The position numbers and the translations under genes are program-made. From a virus (Duplodnaviria; Caudoviricetes): DNA of 28,768 nt. Positions within the stretch are counted from its first letter, which is position 1; each line of letters opens with the position of its first letter. The notes below the pieces were generated by a model. The model made no database searches. It had not been told where the DNA came from and was given only the letters and a program-made list of their open reading frames with translations. Location of the stretch: positions 1 through 28,768 of IMG/VR virus record IMGVR_UViG_3300037153_000198; one strand, written 5' to 3'. Of this stretch, positions 1 to 7,071 are shown piece after piece.

Positions 1-568
1 GACGACGCCCGGCCGAAGCGGGGCGTCCGTGAACTGCGCGCTGCCCCGGCCGCATCCGGCCGGAGCTTGGTGAAGGCGGCGCGTACTGCCTCCGTTTCGA
101 GTGTCTTCGGCGCCGCGGACGGCGCCTTATCTCCCCACCTGTGAAAGCTCGGACGGGCGCACTCGACGCGCCGAAGCGCGTCCCGCTGTCGCGGTCTTCA
201 GGTCAAGCCAGTCCTCACAGGTTGAATCAATGTGGAGTCTCTCTCCCGGACACTGACGGCCCGGGTGGCTCTCATCGACGCCTGAGGGTGGGATCCCGCA
301 CCGGACTGCATGCGGGCCTCATGACGGAGGCTGGCTCGTAGGACGGCTTCCGCGATCAACCGATCGGGCCTGCCGCGTACTCGGGACTTCGGCGGGTACA
401 TGAAGCTCCGGGATATGAGGGAGCCGGGGGAGCCTGGTGGCTCCAGATCCGCGTGGTTGGCGAGTGCGATCCCACTGTGCCTACAGAGCACGGCCGTCGC
501 AAGGGGAACGCTCGTACCCGGGAACGGAAAAGTTCGCAATTTGCGGCCGAAACTTTTAGGCTGGGCGG

Positions 569-868
569 GTGGGATCGCTCCAGGATGAGGCGGTGCGGCT
601 CCTGAACGCCGCTGTTCGCAGCGGCGACGTCAAGCCGCCGGAGGCGTGCGAGAACTGCGGCGTCGAGGGCGTCCAGGCGCACCATCCCGACTACTCGCGG
701 CCGTTCTACGTCAGGTGGCTCTGCCTCGACTGCCACGGCGCCGAGCACGGGCGCCGCCAAGGCGGGAGGCCGCGGTTCACAGACCCGTTCATCGCCCCCG
801 TGTGCGGAGGCTGCGGCGACTTCGTCGACGGCCCTCGCTGCCCTGTCTGCGGCGCTCGAACGCAGTAG
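569..868 (+). CDS. Small HNH-type endonuclease with extra C-terminal zinc ribbon (99 aa)
   Basis: CENC...AHHPDYSRPFYVRWLCLDCH matches the phage HNH-like HHxDYxxPxxVxWLCxxCH pattern; C-terminal CGGC...CPVC; lies upstream of probable terS. Confidence 0.75.
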   Translation: MGSLQDEAVRLLNAAVRSGDVKPPEACENCGVEGVQAHHPDYSRPFYVRWLCLDCHGAEHGRRQGGRPRFTDPFIAPVCGGCGDFVDGPRCPVCGARTQ

Positions 869-871
869 AAT
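866..871 (+). promoter_or_regulatory. Candidate -10 hexamer TAGAAT (leaderless-type)
   Basis: TAnnnT hexamer 8 nt upstream of ATG at 880. Confidence 0.4.
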
Positions 872-879
872 CCCTGGGG

Positions 880-1206
880 ATGGTCGACCTTCGAGGCGCC
901 CTGAACGGCGTCGGGGCCGCAGCCGACGTTGCAGGCTCCGGCCTCGGATGGATGGGGCACGAGGCGTTGCAGCAGCCCGCCCGGGCCGGGGCGTTCCTCG
1001 GCGGCCTCTCGCACCGCTCGAACGTCGACTGGCAGGCCGACTTCCTCGCCAAGGACTTGCGCGACCGCGGCGTCCCGGAGGCGGCCGCCAGGGCGCTCGC
1101 GCTCGACCTCGCCCACTCGCTCGACATCAACACTTCGGAGCGGCGTCAGGCGGCCGTCCAGGTCGGCCTGAACCGTTACCGGGCAGACGTCCACCGGCAT
1201 GGCTGA
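880..1206 (+). CDS. Hypothetical protein (108 aa)
   Basis: ATG at 880 within track ORF 646..1206; GC3-rich codons from 880; stop overlaps next start. Confidence 0.6.
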   Translation: MVDLRGALNGVGAAADVAGSGLGWMGHEALQQPARAGAFLGGLSHRSNVDWQADFLAKDLRDRGVPEAAARALALDLAHSLDINTSERRQAAVQVGLNRYRADVHRHG

Positions 1207-1855
1207 CGGGGCGGAGGACGAGCGCCAGGACGCGAATCTCGACCAAAACGGTGCGGATACCAGGACGCAAGCTCCGCCCGGCTGGCCCGCCTTCCCGGAC
1301 GGCGTCCGAGCGCACGACAGCGTCGACCTCGACCAGCCCGACCCGGCCCGCCCCGAAGACACCGTGTACCGGCGCTGCGTCGCCGCCACGACGGCAGGCG
1401 GCCGATGCGGAGCGCCCGCCATCCAGGGCCGACTGATCTGCTCAGTCCACGACGGACGCGCCAGCCCCGCGGCCGGAGGGCACGCAAAAGCCAGACTCGC
1501 AGCCGAACGCAAACAAGCAGCAGAACAACAAGCCGCCCTGGCGCAACTCGGCACGCGCGCAGTCGTCGCTGCGGCGCTCGCGGAGAAGCACGACGAGATC
1601 CGCCGGGCGTTGCATGTTCTGGCAACAGCGGCGGCCTCCGGGGACGTGAAATCAGCCCAGGCTCTGATCCCCTGGCTGAACCAGGGACTCGGCATGCCGA
1701 CGGAGCGGATCCAGCAGAGCACGACCCTGGACGCGGCCGACCTCGCGTCGCTCTCGACAGACGAATTGCAGGAACTGGTCGCGTTGAAGCGCAGGGAACG
1801 GATGAGGGCGGAGAGCACGCCCCAGGCTGAGCCGGGCCAGGCTCAGACCGGCTGA
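1199..1855 (+). CDS. Probable terminase small subunit / HGGxSTG-like zinc-binding protein (218 aa)
   Basis: RCVAATTAGGRCGAPAIQGRLICSVHDG resembles the Cx8Cx10CxxHGG motif; helical C-terminus ending LASLSTDELQELV typical of terS; follows HNH gene. Confidence 0.6.
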   Translation: MADGAEDERQDANLDQNGADTRTQAPPGWPAFPDGVRAHDSVDLDQPDPARPEDTVYRRCVAATTAGGRCGAPAIQGRLICSVHDGRASPAAGGHAKARLAAERKQAAEQQAALAQLGTRAVVAAALAEKHDEIRRALHVLATAAASGDVKSAQALIPWLNQGLGMPTERIQQSTTLDAADLASLSTDELQELVALKRRERMRAESTPQAEPGQAQTG

Positions 1856-1999
1856 GAGGGCCTCCGGGGCAAGGACACGATCGCGGATCGCACGGCCGTG
1901 TCGCGGCCGCGTATCGCGCGCGAAAGAGGGGGCCGGGGGGCACCCCTCCGCGCCCGCGACGGCCCCGACAGTAACCCGCCGGGGAGCCTCTCTGCGGCT

Positions 2000-2019
2000 A
2001 CGGGGTCGCCCCCGTTTCT
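2000..2019 (+). terminator. Possible intrinsic terminator
   Basis: ACGGGG-TCGC-CCCCGT hairpin followed by TTCT, after the terS-like gene. Confidence 0.35.
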
Positions 2020-2033
2020 GGTGGCTTTGGTTG

Positions 2034-2042
2034 TGGTACCAT
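2034..2042 (+). promoter_or_regulatory. Extended -10 promoter TGgTACCAT overlapped by palindrome TGGTACCA
   Basis: TGn-TACCAT ends 7 nt before ATG 2050; no Shine-Dalgarno. Confidence 0.5.
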
Positions 2043-2049
2043 CACCGCC

Positions 2050-2208
2050 ATGAACACCACTGATGATGTTCGCACCACTGTGGTTCTGCCGCGTTCCTTG
2101 TGGCGCCGGATTCGCGTGCTGGCGGCGGCCGAGGACAAGTCGGCGGCCCAGTGGGTGCGGGAGGCGGTCACGTTGGTAGTCGAGAGGAGCGAGTTGCATG
2201 CCAGATGA
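2050..2208 (+). CDS. Ribbon-helix-helix DNA-binding protein (52 aa; not in ORF track)
   Basis: MNTTDDVRTTVVLPRSLWRRIRVLAAAEDKSAAQWVREAVTLVVERSELHAR: beta strand RTTVVLP, helix, turn EDKS, helix WVREAV, the CopG/Arc RHH pattern. Confidence 0.75.
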   Translation: MNTTDDVRTTVVLPRSLWRRIRVLAAAEDKSAAQWVREAVTLVVERSELHAR

Positions 2209-2788
2209 GAGCGTGTTCGACGACGTGAACCCGCAGCCGCAGCCGCCCAGCCCCGCGTCCGGCAGCGAGGTTGCGCCTGATGCCACGAGCGACGCGGTCG
2301 GGTCAGCGGAGTCTGAGGCTCCGAACCCCGCTGACGCTACGGGGCACGCTAGCAGCCCTGTTCCCACAAACCCGGAAACGTCAGGCGTCGAGGCTGGGAC
2401 TCCCAGTCCCGCCGCCGCACCGGTCGAGCGTCTCGTCGCGGAGGCCCGCGCCGGGCGCGCGCTCACCGACGCCGACGAGCAGCGGATCCGCGACTTCTAC
2501 GGCTACCAGCGCTCCGAGACAAGGACGCTCGCCGAACGCGACGCCGCCGCCGCCCGCGCGCTCCTCGACGCCGCCCCGCTTCCCGATGTGCCCGCCATGG
2601 CGGGGATCCGCCAGGTCTGGGGCGACTCGCCGTTCCCCGCCCAGGCGATCGAAGCCTGGGGGCTGCAAGGGTTCCTCGGCTCCGCCGCCCACCAGGCCGC
2701 CTGCGACGAGCACGACCGGCGGGGACGGCTCGCCCTGGTGCGCGCCGCCTACGTGAAAGCGTTCCGGGAGCAGAAAGGGAAGAAGTGA
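2198..2788 (+). CDS. Hypothetical protein, low-complexity N-terminus (196 aa)
   Basis: SD GAGGAG upstream; overlaps RHH stop; GTGA-coupled to next gene. Confidence 0.7.
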   Translation: MPDESVFDDVNPQPQPPSPASGSEVAPDATSDAVGSAESEAPNPADATGHASSPVPTNPETSGVEAGTPSPAAAPVERLVAEARAGRALTDADEQRIRDFYGYQRSETRTLAERDAAAARALLDAAPLPDVPAMAGIRQVWGDSPFPAQAIEAWGLQGFLGSAAHQAACDEHDRRGRLALVRAAYVKAFREQKGKK

Positions 2789-2949
2789 GCGTCGGCCTCT
2801 GGCTGCTCGCAGGCTGGTTCGCGTTCATCGGGTGCAGCTTCCTGCACACGCTTGTCCGCCACCTGCAAGGCTGGCGGGGCGGCTATTTCGCCCGCGGCGG
2901 CACCCGTTACGTTCGCGAATGGAACGTTAAAACAGGTGAGCGCCGGTGA
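2785..2949 (+). CDS. Small membrane protein (54 aa; not in ORF track)
   Basis: MSVGLWLLAGWFAFIGCSFLHTLV hydrophobic segment; GTGA overlaps at both ends. Confidence 0.55.
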   Translation: MSVGLWLLAGWFAFIGCSFLHTLVRHLQGWRGGYFARGGTRYVREWNVKTGERR

Positions 2950-3287
2950 GCGGACGCGACGACCTGGTGGGCCGGGGGCCGGAAGGGGTGTTCACCCCGG
3001 GAGGGGAGAGTGGGGCGGGGCGTCTCCCCGGCGAATCGCACGGGCCGGAACGCGTTCGTGGCGAAGATCACGCCGCTGATAGATGTGAGCATGGCTACGG
3101 CCCCGAAGGCTGCACCTGGCCCTCATGCCCGAACGCGGCCCCGGAGACTCCCGTACCCGCTGCCGCTTGGAGACGCCGCGTGGTTCCAGTGCGCTTCTGG
3201 ACGCGCCGTTGCCGAGGATGCGCCAACACCGGCCCGCACGACGCGCACCTGACCTGGCTGGGGAAATGGGTGTTCCGTGTCCGCTGA
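2946..3287 (+). CDS. Hypothetical Cys/His-rich protein (113 aa)
   Basis: GTGA-coupled start; CEHG...CTWPSC and CRGC...HDAH motifs. Confidence 0.5.
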   Translation: MSGRDDLVGRGPEGVFTPGGESGAGRLPGESHGPERVRGEDHAADRCEHGYGPEGCTWPSCPNAAPETPVPAAAWRRRVVPVRFWTRRCRGCANTGPHDAHLTWLGKWVFRVR

Positions 3288-3299
3288 GAGCCGCTGCGA

Positions 3300-3389
3300 G
3301 TGAAAGCGTTCGGGCTGCGCATGCTCTGGCTGGCCGTGCTCGCCCTCGCCGTCACCGTCGTCTACCTGATCGTTCGCCCGCTCTGGTGA
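3300..3389 (+). CDS. Single-TM peptide (29 aa; not in ORF track)
   Basis: MKAFGLRMLWLAVLALAVTVVYLIVRPLW; stop overlaps next start (GTGA). Confidence 0.5.
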   Translation: MKAFGLRMLWLAVLALAVTVVYLIVRPLW

Positions 3390-3637
3390 CCCGCTACGAA
3401 TGCACGCGCTGCCGCGGCGTCCACCACGACGCCTCCTCGAAGATCGGGGTGGCGCACGCCCACTACGGGCGCCCGATCGTCAGCTTCACGAACATGGGGC
3501 CGGTCAGGCACATCGAGGAGGCGACGGCCCTGATGCGGGAGGTCACCGCCGACCACGCCTGGACGCCCGCCGGAGTCCGGCTGGTCGAGTCTGCCGCCCG
3601 GGACTTGTCCGCCGTCATCCGTATCCTCAGGCCATGA
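3386..3637 (+). CDS. Hypothetical protein with CxxC/His motif (83 aa)
   Basis: GTG start inside track ORF 3125..3637; YECTRCRGVHH; ATGA overlap with endolysin. Confidence 0.55.
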   Translation: MTRYECTRCRGVHHDASSKIGVAHAHYGRPIVSFTNMGPVRHIEEATALMREVTADHAWTPAGVRLVESAARDLSAVIRILRP

Positions 3638-4566
3638 GCGAGTGGTACGAGAAGGCGTACCTTGGCGGCGGCCCCGTCAAGGTTGACGGCTTCCCGCGGC
3701 CGCTCTACCCGGCTGACGCGTCCAAGCAGGGGAAGAAGCCGTCCGTCGACGGCCCCGACGTGCTCGCCTACAAGCGGGCTGTCTGCCGCGCCGGACGCTG
3801 GGGCGACTGGGATCCGTCGCTGTGGGACGACACGTTCTCGAACGGCTTCTCGCACGGCAAGTCCGGAAACGTGAAGGACACAGGTGTGGCCGGGTTCCAG
3901 CGGCAGATGGACTTGGACGACACCGGTTGGATCGGCAAGAACACGTTCGACGCGATGCGCTACGCGCTGATCAGCGACCCGTCCTCGCCGAACTACAAGC
4001 AGCCGATCCTCGACTCGGTGTGCGTGCAGAACCTGAACAAGGCGTACGCGAAGTTCGGCGGCCACGAGCCGGACTCAAGCAGCGGCACCGTGCGACAGGC
4101 GGCGCTGTCGCTCGCCGTCTCGCAGATCGGCGTCAAGGAGTCGCCGCCGGACACGAATCAGGTGAAGTACACGAGTTGGTATGGCATGGTCGGCCCGTGG
4201 TGCGCGATGTTCGTGACGTGGTGTTTCGAGACGAATAAGAAGCGCGAGTCGCCGTCGTTCCTGAAGGGGTCGCGCTACAGCTACGTGCCCTATCTGGTAT
4301 CCGACGCTCGCAACGGCAAGTACGGGCTGAAGACCGTCGGCGCAGACCAGGTGATCCCTGGCGACCTCGTCTGTTACGACTGGTCGCGCGACGGCACCTA
4401 CGACCATATCGGCATCTTCGAGAAGTGGATCATGGGTGCCTCCGACTTCCAAGCGATCGAAGGCAACACTTCTACGTCGAACAACTCGAACGGCGGACAG
4501 GTGATGCGCAGGCAGCGCAACGCCTCGCAGCAGGGGACGACGTTCGTGCGTGTCGCGGAGCCGTGA
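3634..4566 (+). CDS. Endolysin: N-terminal peptidoglycan-binding-like domain plus C-terminal CHAP domain (310 aa)
   Basis: PWCAMFVTW ... DHIGI ... IEGNT CHAP Cys/His/Glu motifs; VAGFQRQMDLDDTGWIGKNT resembles a PG-binding domain; true start ATG 3634. Confidence 0.9.
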   Translation: MSEWYEKAYLGGGPVKVDGFPRPLYPADASKQGKKPSVDGPDVLAYKRAVCRAGRWGDWDPSLWDDTFSNGFSHGKSGNVKDTGVAGFQRQMDLDDTGWIGKNTFDAMRYALISDPSSPNYKQPILDSVCVQNLNKAYAKFGGHEPDSSSGTVRQAALSLAVSQIGVKESPPDTNQVKYTSWYGMVGPWCAMFVTWCFETNKKRESPSFLKGSRYSYVPYLVSDARNGKYGLKTVGADQVIPGDLVCYDWSRDGTYDHIGIFEKWIMGASDFQAIEGNTSTSNNSNGGQVMRRQRNASQQGTTFVRVAEP

Positions 4567-4567
4567 T

Positions 4568-4768
4568 GTGCTCGTCGGCGTCGACGTCTCCGGTGACATT
4601 CTCGGCACCGTCGGCGTGTTCCTCTCCGGCGCGGGGACGCTCTTGACCGCCTTCGGCGCGTTCCACTACGAGCGCAAACGCGGCGAAGCGGAGTGCGCGA
4701 AACGCTTCGAGGCGATGAGGGAAGGTTTGCGCGTGCGCAAGACGATCGAGGAGGAGGACAAGCCGTGA
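4568..4768 (+). CDS. Putative holin (66 aa)
   Basis: One hydrophobic helix [22 protein letters not shown] then charged tail; directly after endolysin. Confidence 0.55.
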   Translation: MLVGVDVSGDILGTVGVFLSGAGTLLTAFGAFHYERKRGEAECAKRFEAMREGLRVRKTIEEEDKP

Positions 4769-5088
4769 GGTGGCGCGTGTTCGCGCTCGGCGCGGTAAGC
4801 CTCGGCCTGGCCGCGACCACCGGCTTCCTCGCAGCCACCGTCCTCGGCGCCTCCCAGCAGGCGCCCTCCGAGACGATTACGGTCACCGCGACCGGGGAGA
4901 CGGGGCCGCCCGGCCCGGTAGGCCCGCCTGGCCCGAAAGGCGACACCGGCCTGAAAGGCGACACCGGTGCGCAGGGGCCGCCGGGTGCGCCAGGGGCAGA
5001 GGCGTGCCCGGTCGGCTCCACGTTCAAGGCGGTGCGAATCGTGTCGTCCGGGCCGCCCGTTGAGATCTGGGCCTGCGTGAAGAACTGA
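4765..5088 (+). CDS. Membrane-anchored or secreted collagen-like protein (107 aa)
   Basis: N-terminal TM/signal segment, about 12 Gly-X-Y triplets, C-terminal domain with two Cys; GTGA overlap. Confidence 0.75.
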   Translation: MRWRVFALGAVSLGLAATTGFLAATVLGASQQAPSETITVTATGETGPPGPVGPPGPKGDTGLKGDTGAQGPPGAPGAEACPVGSTFKAVRIVSSGPPVEIWACVKN

Positions 5089-5089
5089 C

Positions 5090-5161
5090 GTGCCCGAAGC
5101 GATCGTCGCTGGCCTGCTGATATGGCTGCTGCGAAAAGTGTTCAACGGGAGGGACGCGTGA
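5090..5161 (+). CDS. Hydrophobic micropeptide (23 aa; not in ORF track)
   Basis: MPEAIVAGLLIWLLRKVFNGRDA; fills gap exactly; GTGA overlap. Confidence 0.4.
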   Translation: MPEAIVAGLLIWLLRKVFNGRDA

Positions 5162-5295
5162 GCACCGACCCGCCGGTCAAAGGGAACGGCCGCTGTCGCG
5201 TCTGTGACAGGGCCAGGCCGCCGGTCGCGAAGCTGCACGACGACCCGTTCTGCTCGACGGGCTGCTGCCGCCAGTTCTACCGAGTCGACGGATGA
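5158..5295 (+). CDS. Treble-clef (YacG-like) zinc-finger microprotein (45 aa; not in ORF track)
   Basis: MSTDPPVKGNGRCRVCDRARPPVAKLHDDPFCSTGCCRQFYRVDG: CxxC...PFCSxxC; SD GGAGGG; coupled at both ends. Confidence 0.65.
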   Translation: MSTDPPVKGNGRCRVCDRARPPVAKLHDDPFCSTGCCRQFYRVDG

Positions 5296-5414
5296 GTTGG
5301 CTCGACGACCTGGAGGCGCGCGTCAACGAGCTTCTCACCGCCCTGGAGCGGTGCGCGAACGCGCTGGAACGTATCGCGGTCGCGCTAGAGAGGTTAAGGT
5401 TGGGATACAAATGA
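5292..5414 (+). CDS. Small coiled-coil protein (40 aa; not in ORF track)
   Basis: MSWLDDLEARVNELLTALERCANALERIAVALERLRLGYK, ALER heptad repeated three times; ATGA overlaps at both ends. Confidence 0.6.
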   Translation: MSWLDDLEARVNELLTALERCANALERIAVALERLRLGYK

Positions 5415-5650
5415 CCTCCTCATATACAGTTGTCATCTCCGGCACGCCCGCGCTCGACATGTGGGGCGAGCTACCTGACGGACGGTTGTGGGGCGAGTGG
5501 CGCTGGGTCGACTGCTCGCCGCAGACCTACCAGGCGATCGAGTTCTTCCAGGCGCTCCCGGCGACACTGATTACCGACACCGGCGAGGTCGTAGAGTCGT
5601 CGCATCCGTACCTGCGCAAAGGCGACATTCTCAAGCTGGTGCCCGCGTGA
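5411..5650 (+). CDS. Hypothetical protein (79 aa)
   Basis: ATG 5411 in track ORF 5204..5650; coupled at both ends. Confidence 0.6.
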   Translation: MTSSYTVVISGTPALDMWGELPDGRLWGEWRWVDCSPQTYQAIEFFQALPATLITDTGEVVESSHPYLRKGDILKLVPA

Positions 5651-6108
5651 GCATCCCGCTGCCGCTCCCGGTCGACGAGAACGTCCGCTTCGAGGTGCTC
5701 GGCACGCCGCAACCGGCCGGGTCGAAGCGCCCGTTCCAGCGCAAGGACGGCTCGCTCGGCGTCCGTGACGCGAACGACAACGCGCGCGAATGGAAGAACC
5801 TGGTCGCCGACAAGGCGGCCGAGACGATGCGCGGGCAGCCGCCCCTGGAAGGCCCGCTCGCGATGCTCGTCACCTTCTATCTGCGCCGCCCCAAGTCGCA
5901 CTACGGCAGCGGGCGTAACGCGGGCAGGCTGAAGGCGAGCGCGCCCTTCTACCCGTCCACGAGGCCGGACACGTTGAAGCTGACCAGGGCGATCGAGGAC
6001 GCGCTGACCGGTGTCGTCTACCGCGACGACGCGCAGATCGCGATGCAACTCGCGATTCGCAGGTACGGCGACCGGCCGCGTGTCACGATCGTCGTCGGAG
6101 GCATCTGA
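5647..6108 (+). CDS. rusA: RusA-family Holliday junction resolvase (153 aa)
   Basis: GTPQPAGSKR N-terminal motif, FYLRRPKSH, RPDTLKLTRAIEDALTGVVYRDDAQI catalytic region. Confidence 0.9.
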   Translation: MSIPLPLPVDENVRFEVLGTPQPAGSKRPFQRKDGSLGVRDANDNAREWKNLVADKAAETMRGQPPLEGPLAMLVTFYLRRPKSHYGSGRNAGRLKASAPFYPSTRPDTLKLTRAIEDALTGVVYRDDAQIAMQLAIRRYGDRPRVTIVVGGI

Positions 6109-6158
6109 GCGTCGGACGCCCGTCGCGTCTTGTTCGACAACGGCACAAAGGAGGAGCC

Positions 6159-6284
6159 ATGCCCGGCAAGCAGGTGAAGAACTGGAAACAGTACGAGGCG
6201 TTGCGCAAGCAGGGCATGTCGAAGGAGTCGGCTGCGCGGATCACGAACGCGCAGGCGGCGAAGAAGCGGAAGCCGCGCAAGTAA
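6159..6284 (+). CDS. Small basic protein (41 aa; not in ORF track)
   Basis: Strong SD AAGGAGG; MPGKQVKNWKQYEALRKQGMSKESAARITNAQAAKKRKPRK; followed by a hairpin. Confidence 0.75.
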   Translation: MPGKQVKNWKQYEALRKQGMSKESAARITNAQAAKKRKPRK

Positions 6285-6288
6285 CAGG

Positions 6289-6316
6289 AGGGGCGCCCCG
6301 CGGAAGGCGCCCCTTT
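6289..6316. terminator. Terminator between convergent genes
   Basis: AGGGGCGCC-(8 nt)-GGCGCCCCT perfect 9-bp stem followed by TT. Confidence 0.65.
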
Positions 6317-6343
6317 GAACAAGAACCCTGGAGGAATTCGAGC

Positions 6344-6670
6344 CTACCACGGCCTGCACGCCCACGGCCCCCAGCTATAGCCGGAGTCGCGGAAGTACTG
6401 GTAGGCGGCCCGGGCTTGCGCCCACGCGTTCCAGGCGTGCCCGTACCGGGCACGAGCGTAGGCGCCCATCTGGAACAGGCCGAGATACTGGCCGTTTCGC
6501 GCCCATATAGATAGGTGTGACTCGCACGAGGCGACCCTGATCGCCTGCGAGCAGTAGCGGCCAAAGGTTGCGCAGATCGCGTGTGCTTCGCCGCTCTCGG
6601 ATGCTGCGTGAATAGGTGCCGCGGCGCAGAGCGCCCCCGCGGCCAGGACGGTTACCGTCATCAGTCGCAT
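6344..6670 (-). CDS. Secreted lysozyme-fold lytic transglycosylase, Rpf/SLT-like (108 aa)
   Basis: Signal peptide; VASCES (catalytic Glu), NGQYLGLFQ, QARAAY, WGPWAC; SD GGAGG upstream. Confidence 0.8.
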   Translation of the reverse strand: MRLMTVTVLAAGALCAAAPIHAASESGEAHAICATFGRYCSQAIRVASCESHLSIWARNGQYLGLFQMGAYARARYGHAWNAWAQARAAYQYFRDSGYSWGPWACRPW

Positions 6671-6751
6671 CTCGCCTCCAAGTCGGCGTCCCCGGCGGCG
6701 CGAGCCACCGGCTGGTCAGCCTGGATCCGTCTGGCTACCCCCTCTCGGCGA

Positions 6752-7048
6752 TTAGTGAGTTCCCCAGCGTGTCGCCATGCCCTGTTTTCCATGATCTGAG
6801 CGCGAGATGAGGGCGAGGTGTTCGGGCTTCACGCAGTTGCGGGTGCGGCAAACGTGATCTACCTCCATGCCGGGCGGGATCGGCCCGATGGTCTTCTCGT
6901 AGACCACCCGATGGACGTACACGGCTTCGCCTTGCGCTTTCACGCGTCCGTACCCATCCTCGGTGAGGTAGCCCGTGAAGAGGAGACACCCGTCTGGCTG
7001 GGCGCATACTTTCCGCATGAGGCGGTCGAACGGCGGCGTGGCTTTCAC
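6752..7048 (-). CDS. HNH endonuclease, homing-endonuclease type, non-canonical motif (98 aa)
   Basis: GCLLFTG...DGYGR...VHRVVYE...GPIPPGMEVDHVCRTRNCVKPEHL. Confidence 0.85.
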   Translation of the reverse strand: MKATPPFDRLMRKVCAQPDGCLLFTGYLTEDGYGRVKAQGEAVYVHRVVYEKTIGPIPPGMEVDHVCRTRNCVKPEHLALISRSDHGKQGMATRWGTH

Positions 7049-7071
7049 AGGCGGATGAGAGACTAACCCCC

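Noticed and set aside
200-580. tRNA, tmRNA, RNase P RNA, hammerhead ribozyme or intron identity for the structured region
   Set aside because: No diagnostic conserved cores could be located by eye
6671-6751. c-di-AMP (ydaO) riboswitch upstream of the Rpf-like gene
   Set aside because: Only 81 nt and lacks the conserved ydaO segments; just a short GGCTG/CAGCC hairpin
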